A DNA stretch of 64,000 nucleotides from Candidatus Xenobia bacterium (GTDB taxonomy: Bacteria > Vulcanimicrobiota > Xenobia > Xenobiales > QWHO01), in NCBI GenBank assembly GCA_045863235.1, contig BTUM01000023.1, positions 1 to 64,000 on the forward strand, read 5' to 3'. Below the pieces are notes generated by a model. It was given only the letters and a program-made list of their open reading frames with translations, did no database searches and had not been told where the DNA came from. Positions 17,718 to 26,429 of this stretch are shown piece after piece; position 1 is the first letter of the stretch; every line of letters begins with the position of its first letter. The translations under genes and the position numbers were made by a program.

Positions 17718-18689
17718 ATGGAGTCGGCCACGCGCAGCTCTTGGAAGACGGTCCCCATGCCCGTAACCCGCCAGCCACTGCCCTGGCGCCGCGAGTTCTC
17801 GCCCGAGGAGATGGCCGCGGTGGCTCGCGGCCTGATCCCCCAGGAAATGGAGGACAAGTGGTTCATCTTCCTCGAGGGCGATGTCCTGAGTTTCCACCGC
17901 AGCTGGACCGGACTTTGCTGCTACGAGGTTCGGATCGAAGGCGGGCGGGTCAGCGAGGCCTGGTTCAACCCCGAGGTCGACCACACCGTGGAGCAGCATG
18001 CCGATATGCTCGGCTTTCTCGTCGAGCGGCTGCTGCTCGACCGTCCCATCCCCTTTCCCCGCTCGCTGATGGAGGGAGATCGGTCCGGAGCCGTCCTGCA
18101 CCACCTGGTGGGTTATGCCGAGTCGTCTGCCGCGCGCGAGCCGCTCGACCCGGAGAAGGCCGGCATCGAGCTGAGCCGGGGCAAGCTCGAGTCCTCCGGC
18201 TGCGAGTTCCTGGCCTACGGCTGCAAAGCCAACGGCGACATGAAGGGAGGCCCCTCGGCGCCCATCCTGCTGGCCGCCGGGCCCGAGGTGCAGGAGAGCC
18301 TGCGCGAGCGACTGGCGAAGACCTCGCGTGCACTGGGAGAGGTGGTCCTGACGCCCCCCTTCGGGATGGGCTCGGCCGGGGTGCTGGGCATCTTTCACGT
18401 GGTGGCATTTGCCAAAGACCTCCAGGGCGGCTGGATCAGCGAACCCGACCCGCTGGCCGCGGGCGTGCGCAAGACGCTGCAGATGTGCCACGAGCTGCGG
18501 GCCCATTCGCTGGCCCTGGCCGCGCTGAGCGTGACCAAGCCCAACGTTGGGGCCGAGAAGGCAGCCGGGTTCATGGTGGGAGCGGCCCGCGAATACCAGC
18601 GCAACCATCCCGAGTGGCCGCTGCGGATCGTGTTCTGCCTGCCCGACCACAACGTCTACCAGGCCTTCCTGCGCCGTCTGCGCGGCTGA
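17718..18689 (+). CDS. two-domain protein with a C-terminal degenerate macro domain
   Basis: N-term GLIPQEMEDKWFIF..FHRSWTG; C-term macro-like ILLAAGPEVQE..GEVVLT..IFHVV..SLALAALS..RIVFCL. Confidence 0.6.
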   Translation: MESATRSSWKTVPMPVTRQPLPWRREFSPEEMAAVARGLIPQEMEDKWFIFLEGDVLSFHRSWTGLCCYEVRIEGGRVSEAWFNPEVDHTVEQHADMLGFLVERLLLDRPIPFPRSLMEGDRSGAVLHHLVGYAESSAAREPLDPEKAGIELSRGKLESSGCEFLAYGCKANGDMKGGPSAPILLAAGPEVQESLRERLAKTSRALGEVVLTPPFGMGSAGVLGIFHVVAFAKDLQGGWISEPDPLAAGVRKTLQMCHELRAHSLALAALSVTKPNVGAEKAAGFMVGAAREYQRNHPEWPLRIVFCLPDHNVYQAFLRRLRG

Positions 18690-18731
18690 CGAGAGCAGGC
18701 TTTCAGACCCCTTTGAGGCGCGGGTGTTTGC

Positions 18732-19550
18732 ATGAGAGCGATGATCGCACCCACTGCCAGCAGCGGGCTCACCCCTCCGTGGGTGCGTCACTCCGGTCGC
18801 AAGGCCTACCTGCCCGGCCAGGAGCCGGTGGACCTCTGCCGCCTGAGCGACCAGAGCCCACCCCCTGAATCTGGCCCCAAACCCTGGCAGCGAAACGCTC
18901 TGCTCGGGCTGGTGGCGCTGGGGGGCTGCCTGTATCTTGGCGGAGTGGCTGCCGAGGCCATGTTCCCCATCAAGCCCGAGCCGGCCCAGGTGACCCTGGC
19001 CGAGCGCCAGGCCCACAGCGCCGCGTGTCAGGCCCAGATGGGCCAGCTCTCCAGCAACAGCGAGCAGGTCGAGCGCCTCGCGCGCCTCGCGGGCAGGCTC
19101 GAGCCGTTCCAGAGCCAGCCGACCGAGTTCACCCTGGTGGACAACCAGAAGGTCAACGCCTACTCCTGCGGGCTGGGCAAGATCATGATCGAAGAGCGCC
19201 TGGCCACCCTGCTCACTGACGACGAGTTGCTCTACGTGATGGCCCACGAACAGGGCCACAACGAGCTGCAGCACGCCGAGGAAACCATCTCTTACCTCGA
19301 GCAGGGCAAGTGGCGCTTGAACGTGCCCATTCTCAACATCGACCCCCGGGCCGGCTACTACGCCTTTGCCCGCGGGCACGAGCTGCAAGCCGATTGCTAC
19401 GCCTCCCGCGTGGCCGCCTCTCTGGGCATTCCGCCCGAGGTGGGAGCCCGGGCCCTGCACAAGACCTCCGAGGCCGCCGGCAGCCTGGGAGGCGGCAACA
19501 CCCATCCGGGTCAGAGCGCGCGCGAGGACAACCTCAAGACCTGTTCTTGA
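18732..19550 (+). CDS. M48 family metallopeptidase
   Basis: VNAYS, VMAHEQGH, ELQADCYA, THP. Confidence 0.85.
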   Translation: MRAMIAPTASSGLTPPWVRHSGRKAYLPGQEPVDLCRLSDQSPPPESGPKPWQRNALLGLVALGGCLYLGGVAAEAMFPIKPEPAQVTLAERQAHSAACQAQMGQLSSNSEQVERLARLAGRLEPFQSQPTEFTLVDNQKVNAYSCGLGKIMIEERLATLLTDDELLYVMAHEQGHNELQHAEETISYLEQGKWRLNVPILNIDPRAGYYAFARGHELQADCYASRVAASLGIPPEVGARALHKTSEAAGSLGGGNTHPGQSAREDNLKTCS

Positions 19551-19589
19551 CGGGTAGGAAACCATGACAGACGTCGAACGGGCCGCCCC

Positions 19590-20885
19590 GTGACCGATCT
19601 CCTGGCAGCCCGCTCCCAGATGGCCATGTCGCTGGCTTTCCACATTGTCTTTGCGGTCGTTGGCATGGCCATGCCGCTCTTGATGCTGATGGCGGAAGGG
19701 CTCTGGTTAAAAACGGGCGATCGGCTCTACCGCACCCTGGCCGAGCGCTGGGCCAAAGGGGCGGCCATCATGTTCGCGGTGGGCGCCGTGTCGGGCACCG
19801 CCCTGTCGTTTGAGCTGGGACTCTTGTGGCCGAAGTTCATGGAGCACGCCGGCCCCATCATCGGGATGCCGTTCTCGCTCGAGGGGCTCGCCTTCTTCCT
19901 GGAAGCCACCTTCCTGGGCCTCTACTTTTACGGCTGGGACCGCATCTCGCGCACGGCCCACTTCCTGTGCGGCGTGGCCGTGCTGGTCAGTGGCACCGCC
20001 TCGGGCATCCTGGTGGTCTGCGCCAACGCCTGGATGAACCACCCCACCGGATTCGACCTGGTGAACGGCCTGCCCACCAACATCGACCCGCTGGCGGCCA
20101 TGATGAATCCAGGCTCGTTCTCCCAGGCCCTCCACATGACCATCGCCGCCTTCCAGTCGGTCGGCTTCGCGGTGGCCGGCATCCACGCTTTCATGCTGCT
20201 CAAAGAGCCGGGCAATCGCTTTCACCACATCGCTTTGAACATTGCCCTGCTGGTGGGAGGGGTATCGGCCCTGATCCAACCCTTCAGCGGTGACATCTCG
20301 GCCCGCCTGTGCGCGCGCACCCAGCCCATCAAGCTGGCCGCCATGGAGTCGCACTTCGTCACCGAGCGAGGGGCCCCGCTGATCATCGGGGGCTGGCCCG
20401 ACACGAAGACGGGCACGGTGAGTTACGCCATCGAGATCCCCTACGGCCTGAGCCTGCTGGCATTCCACGACCCCTACGCCGAGGTGAAGGGACTCAACGA
20501 TTTCCCGCGCGACGAGTGGCCCCCCGTGCCCATCGTGCACGTGGCGTTCCAGGTGATGGTGGGCCTGGGCACCGCCATGGCCGCGCTGGCCGTCTTCTGC
20601 GCCTACCGGGTGTGGCGCAAGAAGGGCTTGCCCCTGCGGCTCATCGTCTTGTCAGGGCCGATGGGCCTGGTTGCGCTGGAGGCCGGCTGGGTGGTCACCG
20701 AGGTGGGCCGCCAGCCCTGGATCGTCTACGGCTGGATGCGCACCGCCGAGGCGGTCACGCCCGTTCCCTACCTGATCGTCCCCTTCACGACCTTCAGCCT
20801 GGTTTACCTGGGCCTGGCCCTGACCACCCTCTCCCTGCTGCGCGCCCACGTCCTTCGCAGCCCGCACGAGGACGAGCTGGCGTGA
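19590..20885 (+). CDS. cydA: cytochrome bd ubiquinol oxidase subunit I
   Basis: FHIVF, FAVGAVSGTALSFE, QPIKLAAME, GWVVTEVGRQPW. Confidence 0.95.
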   Translation: MTDLLAARSQMAMSLAFHIVFAVVGMAMPLLMLMAEGLWLKTGDRLYRTLAERWAKGAAIMFAVGAVSGTALSFELGLLWPKFMEHAGPIIGMPFSLEGLAFFLEATFLGLYFYGWDRISRTAHFLCGVAVLVSGTASGILVVCANAWMNHPTGFDLVNGLPTNIDPLAAMMNPGSFSQALHMTIAAFQSVGFAVAGIHAFMLLKEPGNRFHHIALNIALLVGGVSALIQPFSGDISARLCARTQPIKLAAMESHFVTERGAPLIIGGWPDTKTGTVSYAIEIPYGLSLLAFHDPYAEVKGLNDFPRDEWPPVPIVHVAFQVMVGLGTAMAALAVFCAYRVWRKKGLPLRLIVLSGPMGLVALEAGWVVTEVGRQPWIVYGWMRTAEAVTPVPYLIVPFTTFSLVYLGLALTTLSLLRAHVLRSPHEDELA

Positions 20886-21859
20886 TCGACGAGCCGACCA
20901 TCCTGGCCGCCGTGCTCATGATCGCGCTGGTGATCTATGCCCTCACCGGGGGGGCCGACTTTGGCGGCGGGGTCTGGGAGCTCTTCAGCTTCGGCCCCCG
21001 CAAAGCCGCCCAACGCGAGGTCATCGCGGGCGCCCTGGCCCCCATCTGGGAGGCCAACAATGTCTGGTTGGTGCTGGTCGTGGTCATGCTGTTCGTGGCC
21101 TTCCCCAGGGCTTTCGCGGTGCTCTCCATCGCTCTCCACATCCCGCTGACGCTGGCCCTGCTGGGCATCGTCTTCCGCGGCAGCTCCTTCACCTTCCGCC
21201 ACTACGATCCCACGGGCGAGGCCGACCGGCGCACCCGCCGCTGGGGCCTGCAGTTTGCCGTGGCCAGCGTGCTGACGCCCGTCATGCTGGGCGTGTGCGT
21301 GGGGACCGTGGTCTGCGGCCGCGCCGTTACCGAGCAGGGAGAGCCGGGCAGCTTTCTTCACTCCTGGCTGCACCCGTTTCCCGCCTGCATGGGCCTGTTC
21401 ACCCTGGCCCTGTTCGCCTACCTGGCGGCCACCTACCTGACCCTGGAGACCGAGGACCGCGAGCTGCAGGATGATTTTCGCGCCCGCGCTCTGGTGGCCG
21501 CCGGCGCCTGTTGCCTGCTGGCCTTTGTCGGGCGCACGCTGGCTCCCCGGCTGCCCGTACCACTCGAGCTGCCGGTCTCGCTCGAGATCGTGACCGGCCT
21601 GGTGGGCGTGGGCGCGGTGGCCTGCCTGCTGCAGCGGCGCTTCTGGCTGGCGCGAGCCCTGGCCGCCCTGCAGGTCGTCTCGGTCCTGTGGACCTGGGGA
21701 GTGGCCCAGTTCCCCTACCTGGTGCCGCCGGCCCTGACCTTCCACGGCACCGCGGCCCCCACCGCCGTGCTTCAGACCATGATCGGCGCGCTGGCGGTGG
21801 GAGCTTTCTTGCTCGTGCCCTCTTTCGTCTATCTCTACCGCGTCTTCAAGCGCCGTTAG
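20882..21859 (+). CDS. cydB: cytochrome bd ubiquinol oxidase subunit II
   Basis: GADFGGG, PIWEANNVWL; GTGA overlap with cydA. Confidence 0.93.
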   Translation: MIDEPTILAAVLMIALVIYALTGGADFGGGVWELFSFGPRKAAQREVIAGALAPIWEANNVWLVLVVVMLFVAFPRAFAVLSIALHIPLTLALLGIVFRGSSFTFRHYDPTGEADRRTRRWGLQFAVASVLTPVMLGVCVGTVVCGRAVTEQGEPGSFLHSWLHPFPACMGLFTLALFAYLAATYLTLETEDRELQDDFRARALVAAGACCLLAFVGRTLAPRLPVPLELPVSLEIVTGLVGVGAVACLLQRRFWLARALAALQVVSVLWTWGVAQFPYLVPPALTFHGTAAPTAVLQTMIGALAVGAFLLVPSFVYLYRVFKRR

Positions 21860-21879
21860 AGCGGCAGATTTTCGCTCGA

Positions 21880-22275
21880 CTAGTCAGACGCCCAGTGGAC
21901 CCGAATCGGGTAGAGGCGCAAGATTGCGTCGGAGGTAATCAATTCCAGGCCCTCTACGATGGCTTGGGCAACCAGCAATCGGTCGAAGGGGTCTTGATGA
22001 TGGTCGGCCAGGTCGGCGACCAGGCAAGCGTGCTCGAACTTGACGGGAAGCGGTGTCAGAGCATTGGTTGTCAGACTGTCCTGGACCATTTCCAGTGGGT
22101 GTCTGGGCAGCTCTAACTTGCCGAGTCGCCACTTGATGGTAATTTCCCAGGCAGCGACCGCCGACAAAAAGATTTTGGCGCGTGGAGAGCCCAAGATGAC
22201 TCTCGTCTTCGGGCCCAGCTGTGAAGAGTTGGATCTGGCCCAAAGCCAGGCATGCGTGTCAAGCAGATAGCTCAT
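21880..22275 (-). CDS. vapC: PIN-domain (VapC-family) toxin
   Basis: LLDTHAWLW, WEITIK, HQDPFDRLLVAQA, ITSD. Confidence 0.92.
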   Translation of the reverse strand: MSYLLDTHAWLWARSNSSQLGPKTRVILGSPRAKIFLSAVAAWEITIKWRLGKLELPRHPLEMVQDSLTTNALTPLPVKFEHACLVADLADHHQDPFDRLLVAQAIVEGLELITSDAILRLYPIRVHWASD

Positions 22276-22505
22276 TCCGTGAAATGGCGTAGAATTTCGG
22301 GAGGCAGAGGGTCGTTGAAATCATCCGCGATCCATATCTTGCCCTCATCTTGTCCCCACTGACGCTCAGACGGGTTCGGCTCGACCGGAACCAGTCGGGC
22401 GACCGGGGTTCCCCCACGCTTGATCAGCAGCGACTCACCGGCCTCGACGCGCTTCAACAACCGGGACAGGTGGGTCTTGGCCTCGTGTACAGTCACTTCT
22501 TCCAC
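22272..22505 (-). CDS. Phd/YefM-family antitoxin
   Basis: VHEAKTHLSRLLKRVEAGE..PVARLVP. Confidence 0.92.
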   Translation of the reverse strand: MEEVTVHEAKTHLSRLLKRVEAGESLLIKRGGTPVARLVPVEPNPSERQWGQDEGKIWIADDFNDPLPPEILRHFTE

Positions 22506-22509
22506 GAGG

Positions 22510-22541
22510 TTAGTCTAATGACTAAGTTGGAAATCGGTCAA
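22510..22541 (-). promoter_or_regulatory. probable leaderless promoter of the TA operon with overlapping palindromic operator
   Basis: TTGACC-N18-TAGACT ending 6 nt before the GTG; TTAGTC-N4-GACTAA palindrome at 22510-22525. Confidence 0.55.
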
Positions 22542-22608
22542 GCAGCCCGGGGGTGCTGGTCGATCTCGAACTTCCCGCTTATCTGGCTACCCGGCCGGCC
22601 GGACTTCT

Positions 22609-24111
22609 CTAGTGGATGCGGCGCGAGAGCCCGCGCCAGTAAGGCTCGCGCAGCTCGAACTTCTTGAGCTTGCCGGTGGCCGTGCGGGGGAGGGCCTCCA
22701 CGAATTCGTAGCGCGTGGGCACCTTGAAGTGGGCCAGCTGAGAGCGCAGGAAGTCGCGCAGCTCGGGGGCCTCCACCGCCGAGCGCCGCACCACCACGGC
22801 CAGGGGCGTCTCGCCCCACTCCTCCGAGGGGACGCCGATCACGGCCGCTTCCTGCACCGCAGGGTGCCGGTAGAGGACCTCCTCCACCTCGATGGAGGAG
22901 ATGTTCTCCCCGCCCGAGATGATCACGTCCTTGGCGCGATCGACGAGCTGGATCGAGCCCTCGCCGTCCCAGGTTCCCAGATCGCCCGTCATGAAGTAGC
23001 CGTGCTGCATGACCCGGGCCGTCTCCTCGGGCTGGTTCCAGTAGCCCGCGAAGACCATGTTGCCGCGCACCGCCACCTCTCCCACCGTGGCATCGTCGCG
23101 CGGCACGGGCTTTCCGTCCCCGTCCAGCACGGCCAGCTCGGCTCCCAGCGCGTCGCAGCCGGCCCGGGCGCGCACCCCGTAGGACGAGCCGGGGCGGTCG
23201 GAGATGGTGATGATGGGCGAGGTCTCGGTCAGCCCGTAGATCTGCAGGAACTTCCAGCCCAGCTCCGTCTCCATCCGCTCGATCAGCGAGGCGGGTGGAG
23301 GCGCGCCGGCGCACACCACGCGCAGCGAGCCGCCGGTCAGGCCCGAGTCCACCAGCCGCCCCAGCACGATGGGCGCCATGCAGGCCAGCGTCACGCCCTC
23401 CTCAAGCACGGCGGGGAAGACCAGCTCGGGCGTAGGAGCGCGCACGATCACCTGGCGCACTCCCATCCCCGTCAGCGCGTAGACCCCGCCCCAGCCGTTG
23501 CAGTGAAACATCGGCAGGGTGTGGAGGTAGACGTCCTCGGGCTGCACATGCAGGTGGGTGAGGAAGTTGTAGGCGTTCACTGTGAAGTTGCGGTGGGTCA
23601 GCATCACCCCCTTGGGGCGGGCAGTGGTGCCGGAGGTGTAGTTCAGGCTGACCAGGTCGTTCTCGTCGCGGGCGGGCTCCTCGAAGGCGCTGCCGGGCAG
23701 CTCTTCCAGCGCCAGCCAGCCGGCCGGCGCTCGTCCTCCGAAGGCGACCCGCACCTCGGTGTGCACCAGGGCGGTGTACTCGGCGTCGGCCAGGCAGACC
23801 CGCGCCCCGGCGTGCTCGAGGCAGTAGCCGATCTCGTCGGGGGTGAGCCGGTAGTTGAGCGGAACCAGCACCGCCCCCAGCAAAGCGGTGGCGTAGAACG
23901 ACTCCAGGAACACGTGCGAGTTGGGGCTCACGATCCCCACCCGGTCCCCGGGGCGCACGCCCAGAGCGTGCAGCTTCTCGGCCAGGCCCCGACAGCGTTC
24001 GGCGAATTGGGCGTAAGTGAAGCGTTTGGGCCCATCCACCACGCCCTCGCGCCCGCCGTAGAGGTGCGTCGCCCGCCGCAGGAACGAGCTGACCAGCATG
24101 GGGACGATCAC
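22609..24111 (-). CDS. acyl-CoA synthetase / AMP-binding enzyme
   Basis: YTSGTTARPKG, YGLTET, TGDLG, DRAKDVIISGGENI, TGKLKK. Confidence 0.92.
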   Translation of the reverse strand: MIVPMLVSSFLRRATHLYGGREGVVDGPKRFTYAQFAERCRGLAEKLHALGVRPGDRVGIVSPNSHVFLESFYATALLGAVLVPLNYRLTPDEIGYCLEHAGARVCLADAEYTALVHTEVRVAFGGRAPAGWLALEELPGSAFEEPARDENDLVSLNYTSGTTARPKGVMLTHRNFTVNAYNFLTHLHVQPEDVYLHTLPMFHCNGWGGVYALTGMGVRQVIVRAPTPELVFPAVLEEGVTLACMAPIVLGRLVDSGLTGGSLRVVCAGAPPPASLIERMETELGWKFLQIYGLTETSPIITISDRPGSSYGVRARAGCDALGAELAVLDGDGKPVPRDDATVGEVAVRGNMVFAGYWNQPEETARVMQHGYFMTGDLGTWDGEGSIQLVDRAKDVIISGGENISSIEVEEVLYRHPAVQEAAVIGVPSEEWGETPLAVVVRRSAVEAPELRDFLRSQLAHFKVPTRYEFVEALPRTATGKLKKFELREPYWRGLSRRIH

Positions 24112-24113
24112 GG

Positions 24114-24569
24114 TTACTCTCTGAAGCTCTTGAAGAAGCGCTCGAAGTCCGCTGCGCCCACGGTTTTCATGACGAAGATGCGGTCCTCGTCCGGGGCCGG
24201 CAGCACGCGCATGCGCACCGCCAGGCCGTCTCGGTTCGTTCCCTTGATGTCGACGGCATCGTCCGGGCCCGGCTTTTGGGCGGGATTCTTCAGGTTGCGC
24301 ATCGCCCCGGTGACAAAGACTTCCATCGCCTTTTCTTCGTCGGCATCAGTCAGCTCGGAATAGCCGGGGATGATGCTGTAGCCCGCGATGTACTGGGTGT
24401 CGCCCTCCGACCAGGCCCACCCGAAGTGTTTGCCCTCGCCGCCCGGCAGGGCTTTCGGGGTGCCCGGGAATTCCACCGAGAAACTCTCGTCGGGCGCGGT
24501 AAAGAGGGGCCAGGTCTGGGCCTGGGCGAGGGTGGCCAGCAGCAGGAGCAAGGCTATCAGTCGTTTCAT
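24114..24569 (-). CDS. secreted hypothetical protein
   Basis: Signal peptide MKRLIALLLLLATLAQA; FSVEFPGTP. Confidence 0.7.
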   Translation of the reverse strand: MKRLIALLLLLATLAQAQTWPLFTAPDESFSVEFPGTPKALPGGEGKHFGWAWSEGDTQYIAGYSIIPGYSELTDADEEKAMEVFVTGAMRNLKNPAQKPGPDDAVDIKGTNRDGLAVRMRVLPAPDEDRIFVMKTVGAADFERFFKSFRE

Positions 24570-24602
24570 GGGCTGGAGGTTCCTGGTCGAGAGCGGGTTG
24601 TC

Positions 24603-25025
24603 CTATCTCTTCTTCAGGGTCCTCCAGCCGCGTGCGGTGCGTTCGAGCTCATGGCCTTCGAGTCGCTGCTGGAATCGCTGGCGGGCCTCCTGCCAGACCC
24701 CTTCGTCCTGCAGTGGTCGCCCGTCGGCCAGGGCGTCCCAGAGATACAGGCCATCGGCGTGAAGCACCTCGTGGCTGGTGAATCCCATCGGCTCGAGCGG
24801 CGGGAGGTTGCGGTAGGGCTCGAGCAGTCGCTCGATTCGCTGTCCGCGCGTGAGCCCCTCGAACTCGTCCGAGACCACGACCAGGTCGATGTCGCTGTCT
24901 CGCATGTGGGTGCCACGCGCCCGCGAGCCCACCACCACCACGGCCAGGGCCTTCACGGGAAGCCGGCTCAGGTAGTCTCGGAGCTGAGCCTCGACTTCAC
25001 CCACTCCATCACGCGTGCGCAGCAT
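24603..25025 (-). CDS. minimal nucleotidyltransferase (MNT) domain protein
   Basis: GSRARG..DSDIDLVVVS motif; start 25025 or 25004. Confidence 0.85.
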   Translation of the reverse strand: MLRTRDGVGEVEAQLRDYLSRLPVKALAVVVVGSRARGTHMRDSDIDLVVVSDEFEGLTRGQRIERLLEPYRNLPPLEPMGFTSHEVLHADGLYLWDALADGRPLQDEGVWQEARQRFQQRLEGHELERTARGWRTLKKR

Positions 25026-25096
25026 CCTTGCAGCTCCTCCACCATCGGCCGGTCGTAGAACGTCTCGGGCGGTCCGCCCACTCCGTTGGGATAGCA
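24968..25096 (-). pseudogene. 3' remnant of a HEPN-domain gene
   Basis: Hand translation CYPNGVGGPPETFYDRPMVEELQGCCARVMEWVKSRLSSETT* resembles a HEPN C-terminus; in-frame TGA directly upstream; overlaps MNT start. Confidence 0.6.
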
Positions 25097-25134
25097 TCAT
25101 CCACCTGTCTCGTTTCGCGGCGTGCCGAGGTTCT

Positions 25135-25743
25135 CTACTCCGATGGCTTTTCTGATGCCCAGCGCCAAGCTATCCAACTTGCTTCGACGTTGCTTTCTTT
25201 GTCCCAAGCAAGGCGACATGTAGAAAGCTCCGCCTCCTTAATCCACTCGTAAGGCCGGACATGCACCCGGGCTACAGAGAAAGCAAGAACTTCCAGCGTC
25301 CTGGCGACCGCTCCCGCCCTTGGAGTCACTTGGTCAAAGCGCAGAATACAGACTGGCCAAGCAGGCAGGTCCACGAGATCGGAAATGCTGAGTGCGTCCC
25401 GCGTTCCGAGATACTCAAGTCGAACGAGTTGCGCGTCGTGCAAGTACCCCGTGGCTTGCAGAAAAGTCTCGCAATCCTCCGTCGTGCGGACCATTCTCAA
25501 GCCAGGATCGACCGCTGCCAGAATTTGCAGACCCTCAGCCTCGGAGGAGGCTCTATCAAGTGTCCTGCTCCCCGACGCTACTTCTGAGGCGAGGTCCAGG
25601 AGCTGGACAGCCGTTGCCGTCGTCGCCTTAAGTTCGTTCGCGAGGTCACGAGCCCAGCGGAGCAAGCTCTCCGCTGGCATCTGGTTGGTACGCACCAGGG
25701 TGCAGAATCGACAGATCTTCTCGGCTGCATCGGACTCGGTCAT
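25135..25743 (-). CDS. hypothetical protein, atypical composition
   Basis: 202-aa ORF, visibly lower GC than flanks; ATGA overlap with upstream ORF. Confidence 0.6.
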   Translation of the reverse strand: MTESDAAEKICRFCTLVRTNQMPAESLLRWARDLANELKATTATAVQLLDLASEVASGSRTLDRASSEAEGLQILAAVDPGLRMVRTTEDCETFLQATGYLHDAQLVRLEYLGTRDALSISDLVDLPAWPVCILRFDQVTPRAGAVARTLEVLAFSVARVHVRPYEWIKEAELSTCRLAWDKESNVEASWIAWRWASEKPSE

Positions 25744-26051
25744 GGCGGAAACGCTCCTGCCTCAGGCGCGGGGGTAGGCCGTCCCCGTAGGCCGTCCAGA
25801 ACGGCCCTGAACCCATACCGTGACAGGTTGTCTGGAAGATGCTGCTCCAGGATCTCAAGTGTCGCAAAGCCCGTAACGAACATGTTCTCTGCGCGTTCGC
25901 GACAGTCCGCGCTCATCGAGGCGTGGTGCGCGGTAAAGAACTCCAGGAACTGTCTCTTTACCTCGTCTATATCGGGCGGACAATCACTCTGGACGATTTC
26001 AGGGCCGCAGAAGAGGCGATTCCATTCGGCCATGACTTCATCGAACTCCAT
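25740..26051 (-). CDS. hypothetical protein
   Basis: GGAGG RBS then ATG at 26051 (MEFDEVMAEWNRLF...). Confidence 0.6.
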   Translation of the reverse strand: MEFDEVMAEWNRLFCGPEIVQSDCPPDIDEVKRQFLEFFTAHHASMSADCRERAENMFVTGFATLEILEQHLPDNLSRYGFRAVLDGLRGRPTPAPEAGAFPP

Positions 26052-26259
26052 AATGGGATCCTCCAAGCCTAGAATCCATGGTCGAGCGGACCAGGGCCCG
26101 GGAGCCGGTTCGGGTGCCTTACCCGGTCGACACCCGGAGGGCATGTATCGGCGTGGTTGTGACGTTCTAGGGCCGGTATTGAAATGGATTGGAGGGGCCG
26201 TTTTCGTGCAAGAAAAATGCCGACCCGCCTGGTAACAAAAAGCGCACCAGGGTGCGATT

Positions 26260-26351
26260 TGGCGGGAATGGGAGCGAGTCGAACACTCCTGCAGTGTTAG
26301 CTGCACAACGGTTTTGAAGACCGCGGAAGCCACCGGGCCCCATCCACTCCC
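26260..26351 (-). tRNA. selC: tRNA-Sec (anticodon UCA)
   Basis: 8-bp acceptor stem GGGAGTGG/CCATTCCC, G discriminator plus CCA, anticodon loop CTTCAAA, long variable arm TGCAG..CTGCA, TTCGACT loop; 92 nt. Confidence 0.93.
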
Positions 26352-26429
26352 GCCCAGAGCTTCTCGCCTCGGGCCCAATCCCCTCCGAAGACAGGAATCG
26401 CTGCTCGAAGCAACGTAACACAGCCGCTT

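Noticed and set aside
25094..25099. Selenocysteine readthrough at the TGA before the HEPN fragment
   Set aside because: Upstream frame is not HEPN-like and has no evident start; no convincing selenoprotein seen in the window
24600..26260. Intact integrative element at selC
   Set aside because: No integrase and no duplicated tRNA 3' end found
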